A stretch of DNA of 34,390 nucleotides from Thermoplasmatota archaeon (GCA_050410885.1 JBNVCE010000002.1:1-34390); one strand, 5' to 3'. Shown: positions 1 through 11,681, numbered from the stretch's first letter. Notes: generated from the letters alone by a model not told the origin. Translations and numbers: made by a program.

Positions 1-1
1 A

Positions 2-451
2 AAATACAATGTACCTTTTTACCCTGGTAAAAGACCATGGGAAGTAAAATGTGATATTGCAATGCCTTGTGCTATACAAAATGAGTTGGATGAAAATGAT
101 GCAAAAACCTTGATTAAAAACGGCTGCATTTTAATTGCAGAGGTTTCTAATATGGGTTGTACTGTAGAAGCTGCAAAACTTGCAACTGAAGAAATAATGT
201 TTGCTCCTGGTAAAGCTGTTAATGCAGGGGGTGTAGCGGTTTCTGGTTTAGAAATGACGCAAAATAGTATGAGAATTTCTTGGACTGCTGAGGAGGTTGA
301 CAAACAACTACAACATATCATGAAGACAATTCACGACTCTTGTGTTAAATATGGGCGCGTTTCAAAGGATAAAATTGATTATATAAAAGGTGCAAACATT
401 GCAGGTTTTGTTAAAGTTGCTGATGCAATGCTTGATCAGGGAATCATTTAA
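2..451 (+). CDS. gdhA: NADP-type glutamate dehydrogenase, C-terminal part (5' end lies upstream of the window)
   Basis: The frame is open from nt 2. The translation ...GKRPWEVKCDIAMPCAIQNELD...FAPGKAVNAGGVAVSGLEMTQNS...GANIAGFVKVADAMLDQGII is collinear with the C-terminal dinucleotide-binding half of hexameric GdhA-type enzymes. TAA stop at 449-451. Confidence 0.9.
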   Translation, partial: KYNVPFYPGKRPWEVKCDIAMPCAIQNELDENDAKTLIKNGCILIAEVSNMGCTVEAAKLATEEIMFAPGKAVNAGGVAVSGLEMTQNSMRISWTAEEVDKQLQHIMKTIHDSCVKYGRVSKDKIDYIKGANIAGFVKVADAMLDQGII

Positions 452-557
452 TTTTTCCCAATTCTTTTATATTTTTATTCTTTAACATGTAATTGAAAAA
501 AATTATAATACTCTAGTTGTTTGATAGTAGATTAATTTTAGGTAAAGATGTGGCGGT

Positions 558-3500
558 ATGAAGGCAAGCGAGGGTATTTCTCATAATTCGAGAATTCAGG
601 AAGATTTCGAAGAAACATATGAGCTTCGTAGCCAAATCTACCACGCTCTAATGCCGTTTAGGGTAAAGGATATTCTTATTGTTTCAAGTTTATATGATGC
701 TTTTATAATTGAAGAAGAAGGTTTGATTGCTGAATTGGTTATTGGTGAGTATCAACATCTTCTTCTTAGTGCACCACCACGGGTTACGCGTGTTTCTTCT
801 GGAGAAAAAGCCTTATCAAAATTAAAGGAGCGTAGATATGATTTAATTATAACCATGGCTAAAAATATAGGAATGGATCCTTTTGAATTTGGTAAAAAAA
901 TAAAAGCAATTCGTCCAGACTTGCCTGTTATTCTTTTAGCAACAGATAGAGCGGATATAAACCTGTTTCAGGAGGAAAACATTGCTGGGAGTGGTATTGA
1001 TAAAATTTTTGCTTGGACTGGAGATCCTACACTGTTTCTTGCAATTATAAAATATGTTGAAGATAGTATGAACGTACGTTATGACACAGTAAACGGAAAT
1101 GTTCGGGTACTTATCATGGTTGAAGATTCTATATATTATTATTCTATGCTTCTTCCAATTCTTTTAACAGAAGTAGTTCAGCAAACAAGGCGTTCTCTTT
1201 CTGATGATTTAAATGAAATGCAGCGCCTTCTGCGCAGAAGGGCAAGACCCAAAATATTACTTGCGGCTACCTACGAAGAAGCCTATTATTATTATCAAAA
1301 ATATAAAGATTATATTTTAGGCGTACTATCAGATGTCTCATTCAAACAAAATGGCCAGGTAAATCCTGTAGCAGGACATGAATTTTTACAGATGATTAGA
1401 ACCAACCTACCTCACCTACCATTACTTATGCAGTCATCAGAGATTAAAAATAAAGCAAAAGCTGAACAATTAGATGCCTTTTTTTTTGAATAAAAACTCA
1501 CCAACTCTTGTACAGGATTTCCAACATTTCCTTTTGAATCATCTTGGTTTTGGAGACTTTGTATTTCTTTTACCAAAAAGTGAGAAACAATCTAAAAAAA
1601 AGGAACAATATACAAAATTTCAAGATGCCCCTATTCAAACAACAGAAATTGCAAGCGCTTCAAACATGAAAGAATTTGAAGATTTATTACAAAAAATTCC
1701 TCTTGAATCTATTTTATATCACTCAGATAGAAATCATTTTTCAAACTGGCTTATGGCTCGATGTGAATTTACTATAGCAAAAGAATTACAACCTAAAAAA
1801 GTATCTGATTTTTCAGATCTTAATGCTATGAGAGCGTATCTGATTAAAGTTTTTAATGAAACTTAAAGGAATAAACAACGTGGAGTTATAACTGATTTTT
1901 TTAAACAAAAATTCGAATTCGACTCTTCTTTTACACGTTTAAGAGGAGACTCTCTTGGTGGTAAAGGACGAGGACTTGCTTTTATGCGAGCTTTATTAAC
2001 ACGTTATAAAATTGATGAAAAATACAATAATGTTTTAGTAAAGATTCCAAATTCAGTTGTTATCGGTACACTTGAGTTTGATAGATTTATTAATGAAAAT
2101 AATTTATATAGATTTTTTAAAAACCAAGAGGCATCTGATGAAGAAATCGCAAAAGAATTTCTAAAATGTGAAATTTGTGATGAATTAAAACAAAACCTTA
2201 TCAGGTTATTATGGTATTTTAAAACACCTATTGCTGTTAGATCTTCTAGTCTTCTTGAAGATTACCAAAATCATCCGTTTGCAGGTATGTATGATACCTT
2301 CATTTTACCAAATAATTACAAAGATGATAATATTAGATTGGAGCAACTGTTGCATGCTATAAAACTCATTTATGCATCAGTATTCTATAGAGAACCAAAA
2401 GCATATGCGTAATCTTTATCATTAAAAATCGAAGAAGAAAAAATGGCAATTGTAATCCAAGAACTGATAGGACAAGAATACAATGGTAGATTTTATCCAA
2501 CTTTATCTAGTATAGCAAAATCATATAATTTCTATCCAATATCTCATCAAACAGCTGAGGATGGAATAGCAAATATTGCAGTTGGTTTTGGTAAAGCTGT
2601 TGTAGGTGGAGAAAAAGTTTTCCGATTCTCACCACGTTACCCCGATCTTAATCCAGATTTTTCTACACCTGAATCCGCACTTGAGCATTCGCAACGTGAA
2701 TTATATGTTTTAGACACATCAAATAATTACATTGATTTTAAAAAACCACAAATTGATACATGCAAGAAACTGAGAATCAATGATATATTAAAAGATGGTT
2801 CACTTAATCTTGTTGCTAGTACATATGATAGAAACGATGGAATGATTAGAGACGGATTGTCTGACGGCGGTTTTCCTTTAATTACTTTTGCAGGTATTTT
2901 AAAATATGATGCATTTCCGCTTGCTCCGATTCTTCAAGATATTTTAAATATAGGTCAGAAAGGTATGGGGTGCCCAGTTGAATTTGAATTCGCAGTAAAT
3001 ATTGATCCAGAAAATAAAACACCACCAACATTTGCTATTTTACAGATCCGTCCATTTGTAATATCACAAGAAAAATATGACATTGACTGAGATAAAATAA
3101 AAGAAGAACAAATATTTATTCGCTCAAAAAGAGCATTAGGAAATGGGTTAATAGATAACATATATGATATTGTTTTTATACCCTCAAGAACTTTTGATTC
3201 ATCAAAGACAGTTGAAATGGCAGAAGAAATTGGGTTAATTAACAAAAAATTAAATTCCACTTCTTCTTCATATTTATTGATTGGGCCTGGGCGTTGGGGG
3301 ACACAGGATAGATGGCTTGGTGTACCTGTTAGATGGGGCCAAATTTCTGGTGTAAGGGTTATAGTTGAGACGGCGCTAGAAAATTTCAATATTAAACCAT
3401 CTCAGGGCACCCATTTCTTCCAAAATATGATTAGCAGGGGAATTGGTTATATAGATATTCCGCTACAATCTAAAGAATGCATAGTTGATTGGTCATGGCT

Positions 3501-3633
3501 TGAAAAACAAACTTTACAGGAAAAAATGAATTTCGTAAGTCATATACATCTAACTTCTCCGCTGATTATTAAAATTGATGGTAGATTGGGCCAGGCAGTT
3601 GTCATTAAACCAGAAAAACAAAAAACCAAATAA
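558..3633 (+). pseudogene. Interrupted gene for a receiver-like domain fused to a PEP/pyruvate-binding (PPDK/PEP-synthase N-terminal-like) domain; one frameshift plus three in-frame stops
   Basis: Track ORFs 558-1493, 1474-1866, 1984-2412, 2443-3090 and 3217-3633 are pieces of one gene. Frame 3 (558-1493) joins frame 1 (1474-3633) if one T is removed from the T9 run at 1479-1487, giving ...EQLDAFF/LNKNSPTLVQDF. The other breaks are in-frame: TAA 1864-1866, TAA 2410-2412, TGA 3088-3090. The stretches from each stop to the next ATG are stop-free and protein-like, e.g. RLRGDSLGGKGRGLAFMRA (GGKG nucleotide-binding motif of PEP-utilising enzymes) at 1867-1990. The N-terminus looks like a receiver fold lacking the acidic pocket (ILIVSS, YDLIITM, PVILLAT). 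Confidence 0.75.
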
Positions 3634-3802
3634 ACTATAGTGTTTGACTTAAAGATTTTCATGTTTTATTATCTATGGTTTGTTCTCAAAGCGATGTGGA
3701 AATGATTTAAGTCCGAGACTATAAATATTTTCTTTTTCGTAAAATATATTAATAAACCTTTAAGATACATGTTTTCTATAAAAATAGTGGTTATGTATTT
3801 GT

Positions 3803-6029
<2,227 letters not shown>

Positions 6030-6047
6030 AGTTTACAAAAAAAATAT

Positions 6048-6971
6048 TTAATAAAATACTTCTAAAAGTAAAACAATCTGGAAAACAATTATCATCACAC
6101 GTGTTCCTGTTCTTTCAAATTTTTCAAATGCAGACCATATCTTGTTTTCATCATTTTTTATAACCACTCTGTATGTTAAAAACCATGTGAACAATAATGA
6201 AAATGCAAGAGCTCCTCCGCCTATTAAATATAATAAGCCAAAAACTTTTGGAACGCCTAAACCAATCCAGTCAATAGAAGGAAGGATGTATAAAGGGATA
6301 AATATAATATAGAATAATAAAGCAACATACATTGAATTTTTTCTTCCAATAATAACAGGTAATGTTTTAAAACCAGCTTTTAAATCACCCCTGTAATCCC
6401 CTGCATTAACCATTATTTCTCTACCAATTTCTTGTATAAATAGTGCAAAAGCAAGTAAAAACATAACATCCAGGTTATTTGGGAAAACCGCAATTGATCC
6501 CCAATATGGTATAGCACCAACGCCAAGAGCCACTGCTAAATTCCCAAAAAGCCCATGATATTTACCATAATGGTTATAATATAAACCTATTGCAACAATT
6601 ATGATTGTTAAAAACCCACAATTTATATTCAAATTCCTCTGGTCTTTTATATTAACTAAAAAAGCAATCAGCACTGAAAAAAACATTAAAAGAATGCCAA
6701 CTAAGCTTGCTGTTTTTGTGTTAATAACTTTTTGAGGTAATGGTTTGTGAGGTCTGTTGATTTCATCTGATTTTAAATCTGTTACATCATTGTGAATCAT
6801 TAAACCTGAGGATAAAAATGCAGCGCCAGTTATAACCATTAATACTTGAAAAATAGAAAGATCTTTGTTTAGATAAGCAGCAGTGTTTAAAGCTCCAACT
6901 AAAACACCTAGGCAGCTAATGAAAACTATTGGCGGGCGAATTATTCTAATCCATGCCTCTAGTTTATTCAT
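6048..6971 (-). CDS. UbiA-family prenyltransferase, most similar in motif layout to digeranylgeranylglyceryl phosphate synthase
   Basis: 307 aa polytopic membrane protein. First Asp-rich motif HNDVTDLKSDEINRPHKPLP, central GNLAVAL, second motif GDYRGDLKAGFKTLPVIIG. Assignment to the DGGGPS subfamily is inference from motif spacing only. Confidence 0.7.
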   Translation of the reverse strand: MNKLEAWIRIIRPPIVFISCLGVLVGALNTAAYLNKDLSIFQVLMVITGAAFLSSGLMIHNDVTDLKSDEINRPHKPLPQKVINTKTASLVGILLMFFSVLIAFLVNIKDQRNLNINCGFLTIIIVAIGLYYNHYGKYHGLFGNLAVALGVGAIPYWGSIAVFPNNLDVMFLLAFALFIQEIGREIMVNAGDYRGDLKAGFKTLPVIIGRKNSMYVALLFYIIFIPLYILPSIDWIGLGVPKVFGLLYLIGGGALAFSLLFTWFLTYRVVIKNDENKIWSAFEKFERTGTRVMIIVFQIVLLLEVFY

Positions 6972-7065
6972 ACAATATAATATAAAAACATGTTGTATTA
7001 GTTTTATGTATTAAAAATATTTGCTATATAAATATATCACCCTTTTTATATTCAATCTTGACAAA

Positions 7066-8061
7066 ATGATTTGGAAAAAAATAGTATTATACCTTAGACT
7101 AATGAGATTGCATTCAGCTGTTTTAACAGGACTTGCGCCTGTTTGTACTGCAGCATCAACAAAAGTAAATCTTGATATTTTTCAATATTTTGAACTTTTT
7201 GTCATAGGTTTGTTTTTTCATATTTATCTTTTTGTTTTAAACGAAATTAAGGATGTAGAAATTGATAAAAAATCAAAAAATTTGTCAGAAAAACCATTAA
7301 TTAATGGTTCAATAAAAATTAAAAATGCTTACATTGTTGTCATTTTATCAGTTATATTATCAATATTTTTTTCCTTTATTTTCTTTTATAAACAGTTTTA
7401 TATTTTGTTATTAATCTGTTTTGCAGCATTTTTATTTGGTGGATTGTATGATGTTTATGGAAAAAAACTCCCTCATGCAGATTATTTTATTGCCTTTATG
7501 TTGTTTTTTGTAGCTTTGTATGGAATTTTTTCTGTTGGAACAAATCCTGGATTGTTTTCTTTTATTATAGCTTTACTTGCATTTTTTCAAATGCTTATTA
7601 ACAACATAATTGCTGGTTTAAAAGATGTTGATCATGATTTTATCACTGGTGCATTAAGCACTCCACTTAGAATGAAAGTAAAACTAGAAGGTGAGTTTTT
7701 TATTGTTTCCAAAAGATTTATTGTTTATATTGCATTGCTTAAAATGATTCATATAACATTAACTATTATACCATTTACCATGAATTTAGTAATGTATGAA
7801 AGCTGGCAGTTTTACGTAGTTATATTATTAATCATTGTTTCTATTGTTTTTATGATAAGATTTCTTGTAATTAAAAAATTTGATAGAGATAAAATCATGC
7901 GAGCTATTGGTTTTCATGAAACCTTTGCATTTATGGTTGTTCCATTTCTGCTATACGGTATTATTGGTCCTGTTGCTACCTTGTTTCTTGTTGTTTTTCC
8001 TATATTATGGCTTGGTTGTTTTTTGATTATCATGTATGGTAAACTAATGCCAACAATATAA
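7066..8061 (+). CDS. UbiA-family prenyltransferase paralogue A (unknown substrate)
   Basis: Polytopic membrane protein with LNEIKDVEIDKKSKNLSEKPLINGSI and KDVDHDFITGALSTP motifs. The track ORF starts at TTG 7021, but the first ATG (7066) lies downstream of a tatataaatata TATA-like box at about 7026-7037, so 7066 is preferred. Confidence 0.75.
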   Translation: MIWKKIVLYLRLMRLHSAVLTGLAPVCTAASTKVNLDIFQYFELFVIGLFFHIYLFVLNEIKDVEIDKKSKNLSEKPLINGSIKIKNAYIVVILSVILSIFFSFIFFYKQFYILLLICFAAFLFGGLYDVYGKKLPHADYFIAFMLFFVALYGIFSVGTNPGLFSFIIALLAFFQMLINNIIAGLKDVDHDFITGALSTPLRMKVKLEGEFFIVSKRFIVYIALLKMIHITLTIIPFTMNLVMYESWQFYVVILLIIVSIVFMIRFLVIKKFDRDKIMRAIGFHETFAFMVVPFLLYGIIGPVATLFLVVFPILWLGCFLIIMYGKLMPTI

Positions 8062-8070
8062 TTATTAAAA

Positions 8071-9090
8071 GTGGTAAATATGAAATTAAAAAATATGCTA
8101 ATTGGCTATTTCCAACTTTTTAGACTTCAAACCGCTGCTGCTACTGCCTTAACTCCTTTTATTGGCGCTCTTGTTGCTGGTCAGGATGATATTTTCATTC
8201 TTTTTATTTTGCTTATCATCGGTTTTTTATATCATATTTATGGGTTTGTTTTAAATGAGTATGTTGACATTGAAGTGGATAAAAAATCAAATGATTTAAA
8301 GGATAAACCATTGGTCAGCGGTTTTATCCCTAGAATAAATGCATTTTTAATTGTAATTTTATCTATTTTTTTTACTTGTTTTTTAACTGTTTTTTTCTTT
8401 ACAAAAATTCTTCCTGTTTTATTTTTGATTCTGGCTTTATTTCTTGGGGGAATTTATGATATTTTTGGTAAAAAAATACCTGGCTTGGATTTTGTTTTAG
8501 GTTTAGGTTTCTTTTTCTTCTGTTTAATGGGGGCAAGTACTAAAACAAATGATTTTACTACTTTAACTTATATTGTTTCTTTGATTTATTTTATTCATAT
8601 ATCATTTAATAATTCTGTAGAAGGGGGCATAAAAGATGTTGATCATGACTATTTAGCTGGTGCAAAAACATTAGCCACAAAAATGAAAGTGTTGGTTAAA
8701 AATAGAAGCTTGATAGTTAATAAAAAATTCGCAGTTTTTTCATTTTTTTTAAAATTTATTTTTATTTTCTTAATTTTTTTATTAAGCGTTCAACCAGAAA
8801 TTAATTTATTTAATTATGAAAAAAATATGATACAATTAATTTTATTTTCATTTTTTTGTTTTATAATATTTTTTACAATGATTAAATTCTTATATATTTC
8901 TGAGTTTGATAGATTAAGATTAAAAAAATTATTCAGTTTGCATGAGATGTCTTCATATTTTTTATTAATTATATCTATTTCTCCGCTAGTAGAAACAAGA
9001 TTCACATTTTTCCTTGTTTTATTTCCTTTTATTTGGTATATTTTATTTAACCTTGTCCTATATGGAAAACCATTACAACCAAGAGTATAA
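8071..9090 (+). CDS. UbiA-family prenyltransferase paralogue B (tandem duplicate of the preceding gene)
   Basis: Same architecture as paralogue A: LNEYVDIEVDKKSNDLKDKPLVSGFI and KDVDHDYLAGAKTLA. Shares a 19-nt identical DNA stretch (taaaagatgttgatcatga) with paralogue A. The start is GTG 8071 or ATG 8080. Only 9 nt separate it from the upstream stop. Confidence 0.75.
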   Translation: MVNMKLKNMLIGYFQLFRLQTAAATALTPFIGALVAGQDDIFILFILLIIGFLYHIYGFVLNEYVDIEVDKKSNDLKDKPLVSGFIPRINAFLIVILSIFFTCFLTVFFFTKILPVLFLILALFLGGIYDIFGKKIPGLDFVLGLGFFFFCLMGASTKTNDFTTLTYIVSLIYFIHISFNNSVEGGIKDVDHDYLAGAKTLATKMKVLVKNRSLIVNKKFAVFSFFLKFIFIFLIFLLSVQPEINLFNYEKNMIQLILFSFFCFIIFFTMIKFLYISEFDRLRLKKLFSLHEMSSYFLLIISISPLVETRFTFFLVLFPFIWYILFNLVLYGKPLQPRV

Positions 9091-9141
9091 TTTAATTAAA
9101 AATATAAATAATAGTAATTATATTAAAACATAGGTAATAAT

Positions 9142-9504
9142 ATGGATTTAACCTCATGGTTACTTAAAGACTTAATAATTTCTAGATCATTTCAAACACA
9201 GATTTTCTACTTGTTTATGCTTTTTTTTACAATTTTTGCAATAATACTGGCAAAAAAATGTAGACTGCTGAGATTTTCATTACTTTTATGGCTTGGTGCT
9301 GCTTTGATTGGTTTTGCTTGGGAGATGGTATTATTTGGTACAGGTTTAAGACATTATAATTTCTGGGCATTTGCAGAATTATTGTATCATGCTACCACTG
9401 AAGGAGGTCCTGGTCTGATAGTTATGACGATTTTTGCTGATAAAATCGGCATTATAAATTTATCAGAATACAAAGAAGAAGAGGTGAAAAAACGGGACTT
9501 TTAG
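9142..9504 (+). CDS. Small (120 aa) multi-pass membrane protein, function unknown
   Basis: ATG start. Hydrophobic segments IFYLFMLFFTIFAIILA and LLLWLGAALIGFAWEMVLFG. Paralogous to the next ORF and co-oriented directly after the UbiA pair. Confidence 0.6.
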   Translation: MDLTSWLLKDLIISRSFQTQIFYLFMLFFTIFAIILAKKCRLLRFSLLLWLGAALIGFAWEMVLFGTGLRHYNFWAFAELLYHATTEGGPGLIVMTIFADKIGIINLSEYKEEEVKKRDF

Positions 9505-9509
9505 AATGG

Positions 9510-9827
9510 TTGTTAAGCCCTGCTTACGTATCCAGAGAAGTAAATTATCTATACTTTTTAATAGTATTTTTAATAACATTAACTATTTTGTTAACAGCGA
9601 TATTTACCAGAAATAAAAAAGCTCTCAAAATGTTTATATTTGCAATGGCTGTATGGGCATTTATAGAAGGAATAGGACTTATTACTGGAATGCGCACGTA
9701 CTCTCCATCAGAAGATGCTGCTATTATTTTCATTTTTGTTTCATTTGTTGAAGACCCTAGATGGGTTTGCCTAAGTTATATGATAGCTGAACAGATCTTT
9801 AAAAAATTGTATTTAAACAAAAAATAA
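9510..9827 (+). CDS. Small (105 aa) multi-pass membrane protein, paralogue of 9142-9504
   Basis: Apparent TTG start 6 nt after the upstream stop; there is no in-frame ATG before TM1. Aligns with the previous ORF: FAWEMVLFGTGLRHY versus WAFIEGIGLITGMRTY, TEGGP versus VEDPR, ADKI versus AEQI. Confidence 0.55.
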   Translation: MLSPAYVSREVNYLYFLIVFLITLTILLTAIFTRNKKALKMFIFAMAVWAFIEGIGLITGMRTYSPSEDAAIIFIFVSFVEDPRWVCLSYMIAEQIFKKLYLNKK

Positions 9828-9845
9828 TTGGATATTATTTTTACA

Positions 9846-9935
9846 CTATAGCAGTAACCATAGTAATAAAAACAATCCAATTAAAACAAGACTACCTATG
9901 AAAAATTTATGATCTGTTACCAAATATTTTTCCAT
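9846..9935 (-). CDS. Possible 29-aa single-TM micro-protein (MEKYLVTDHKFFIGSLVLIGLFLLLWLLL)
   Basis: Not in the ORF track because it is too short. ATG at 9935 is preceded by a GAGGAGAG Shine-Dalgarno-like sequence; TAG stop at 9846-9848. Lies in an otherwise unassigned 225-bp gap. Confidence 0.25.
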   Translation of the reverse strand: MEKYLVTDHKFFIGSLVLIGLFLLLWLLL

Positions 9936-10052
9936 CCCAGCTCTCCTCAATGGTAGTATCAATTATGTATTTATAAATTTAACACATAATTCTTAAATAA
10001 AAAGAACTAAAAAGAATAAAAATAAAACCATTTTTTTAAAAAGATAAATTTT

Positions 10053-11681
10053 TTATTTTGAATCCTTTTTTTTCTTAGCAGCTTTTATCAAACCATCAAA
10101 TAAAGGCGAAGGTTTCATAGGACGTGATTTAAACTCAGGATGAGCCTGTGTTACAACAAAAAAAGGATGATTAGGCAATTCCATAAACTCCATGAGAACC
10201 CCATCCGGAGATCGACCAGAAAAAACAATACCACATTTTTCAAGTTGTTCAACAAACTTTGGGTTAACCTCATACCTGTGTCTGTGTCTTTCAAAAACCT
10301 TTTCTTCACCATACAATTTATGGACCAGTGATCCTTTTTTCAAAATTGCAGGGTATGCTCCAAGTCTCATAGTTGCCCCATAACGTGATTCTTGTAGTAT
10401 TTTTATTTGATCTGGTATAAAATCAATAACAGGATAAGGTGTTTTTTTATCAAACTCAGTGGAATGAGCATTTTTCATATTACAAACATTTCTAGCATAT
10501 TCAACAACAGCAAGTTGCATGCCAAGACAAAGACCAAGATAAGGAACATTATGCTCCCTAGCATAAGAAATTGTTAATATTTTTCCTTCAATACCTGATA
10601 AACCAAAACCGCCAGGGACTATTATGCCGTCTAATTGATCAAGTGTAGACAGTTTCGTTTGATTTTTTTCAAAAATCTTGGAATCAATCCATTTAATAAC
10701 AGGTTTAAGATTATTATTCCAAGAGGCATGCTTAACTGCTTCAATAACAGAAATGTATGAATCAGAAAGCTGAGAGGTACCAATGTCAAAATATTTACCA
10801 ACAATACCAATAGTAACAGTGTTTTTTATAGTATTAATCTTTTTAATAAATTTCTTCCATTGTTCTAAATCATTATGATCCTTTTTAAGATTCAACTTTT
10901 TCAGAATTTTTTTACATAATCCCTGTTCCTCAAAAAGTAATGTAACAGCATAAACATTGTCTATGTTAGAATCAGAAATTACATCCTCTTCATGAACATT
11001 ACAAAACATAGCTATTTTTTCTCTACGAACGTAGTCAAGTGGTTTTTCTGAACGTGTAATAATAAAATCAGGTTGGATTCCAATTTCCCTAAGAAGCTTT
11101 ACTGAATGCTGCGTTGGTTTTGTTTTTGCCTCTCCAAGTGTATCAAGAACTGGAACATATGTAACATGAACATATAAAACACTGTCACCTTCGAGTTTCA
11201 TTTGACGAACTGCCTCAAGAAACAAAACATTTTCATAGTCACCAACAGTCCCACCGATCTCAACAAGTACAAAATCCCATTTAGTATCCTTAACTGAATT
11301 TCTTATTCTTTGTTTAATTTCATCAGTTACATGAGGGATTGGTTGAACTGTTTTGCCAAGATATTTACCGCTTCTTTCTTTTTCTATAACAGCGCTGTAC
11401 ACTTGACCGGTTGTAATATTATGAGTTTTTGGTATATTAATGTCCAAAAAACGTTCATAATGTCCTAAATCCTGATCTATTTCTCCGCCATCTTCAGTAA
11501 CCCAAACCTCCCCATGTTCTGTAGGTCTGAGGGTACCTGCATCAAAGTTCATATAGGGGTCGATTTTCATTGCTGTAACCTTGTAACCATGAAGTTGTAG
11601 AATCTTGCCTATTGAAGCAGTTGTTATTCCTTTTCCTAAACCAGAAATAACCCCGCCAGTGACAACTATATAATTAACCAT
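10053..11681 (-). CDS. pyrG: CTP synthase
   Basis: MVNYIVVTGGVISGLGKGITTASIG N-terminus, and a glutamine amidotransferase domain with GLCLGMQ and HRHRYEVN motifs. The track ORF begins at TTG 11690; ATG 11681 is the conserved start. Confidence 0.95.
   Translation of the reverse strand: MVNYIVVTGGVISGLGKGITTASIGKILQLHGYKVTAMKIDPYMNFDAGTLRPTEHGEVWVTEDGGEIDQDLGHYERFLDINIPKTHNITTGQVYSAVIEKERSGKYLGKTVQPIPHVTDEIKQRIRNSVKDTKWDFVLVEIGGTVGDYENVLFLEAVRQMKLEGDSVLYVHVTYVPVLDTLGEAKTKPTQHSVKLLREIGIQPDFIITRSEKPLDYVRREKIAMFCNVHEEDVISDSNIDNVYAVTLLFEEQGLCKKILKKLNLKKDHNDLEQWKKFIKKINTIKNTVTIGIVGKYFDIGTSQLSDSYISVIEAVKHASWNNNLKPVIKWIDSKIFEKNQTKLSTLDQLDGIIVPGGFGLSGIEGKILTISYAREHNVPYLGLCLGMQLAVVEYARNVCNMKNAHSTEFDKKTPYPVIDFIPDQIKILQESRYGATMRLGAYPAILKKGSLVHKLYGEEKVFERHRHRYEVNPKFVEQLEKCGIVFSGRSPDGVLMEFMELPNHPFFVVTQAHPEFKSRPMKPSPLFDGLIKAAKKKKDSK

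Noticed and set aside
19-321. 100-aa minus-strand ORF; likewise the other short antisense or out-of-frame track ORFs embedded in confident genes (e.g. 2955-3389, 5056-5241, 5567-6008, 8814-9005, 9545-9733, 10140-10383, 11936-12127, 13481-14391, 14502-14744, 14907-15113, 15852-16043, 16813-17028, 18047-18232, 20137-20394, 23412-23606, 24760-26251, 28585-28770, 29555-29785, 30136-30898, 31377-31622, 32317-32529)
   Set aside because: Each lies inside a longer ORF with clear family motifs, on the opposite strand or in another frame. Their translations are Cys/Ser/Phe-rich mirror-frame sequences with no motifs.
3088-3090. Selenocysteine at the in-frame TGA
   Set aside because: The context (YDID-TGA-DKIKEE) is not a redox-active site, no SECIS-like hairpin is evident nearby, and the same gene has two TAA stops and a frameshift.
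9142-9827. The two small membrane ORFs being one frameshifted gene
   Set aside because: They align with each other motif for motif as paralogues, rather than forming consecutive parts of one protein. The first ends at a clean TAG.
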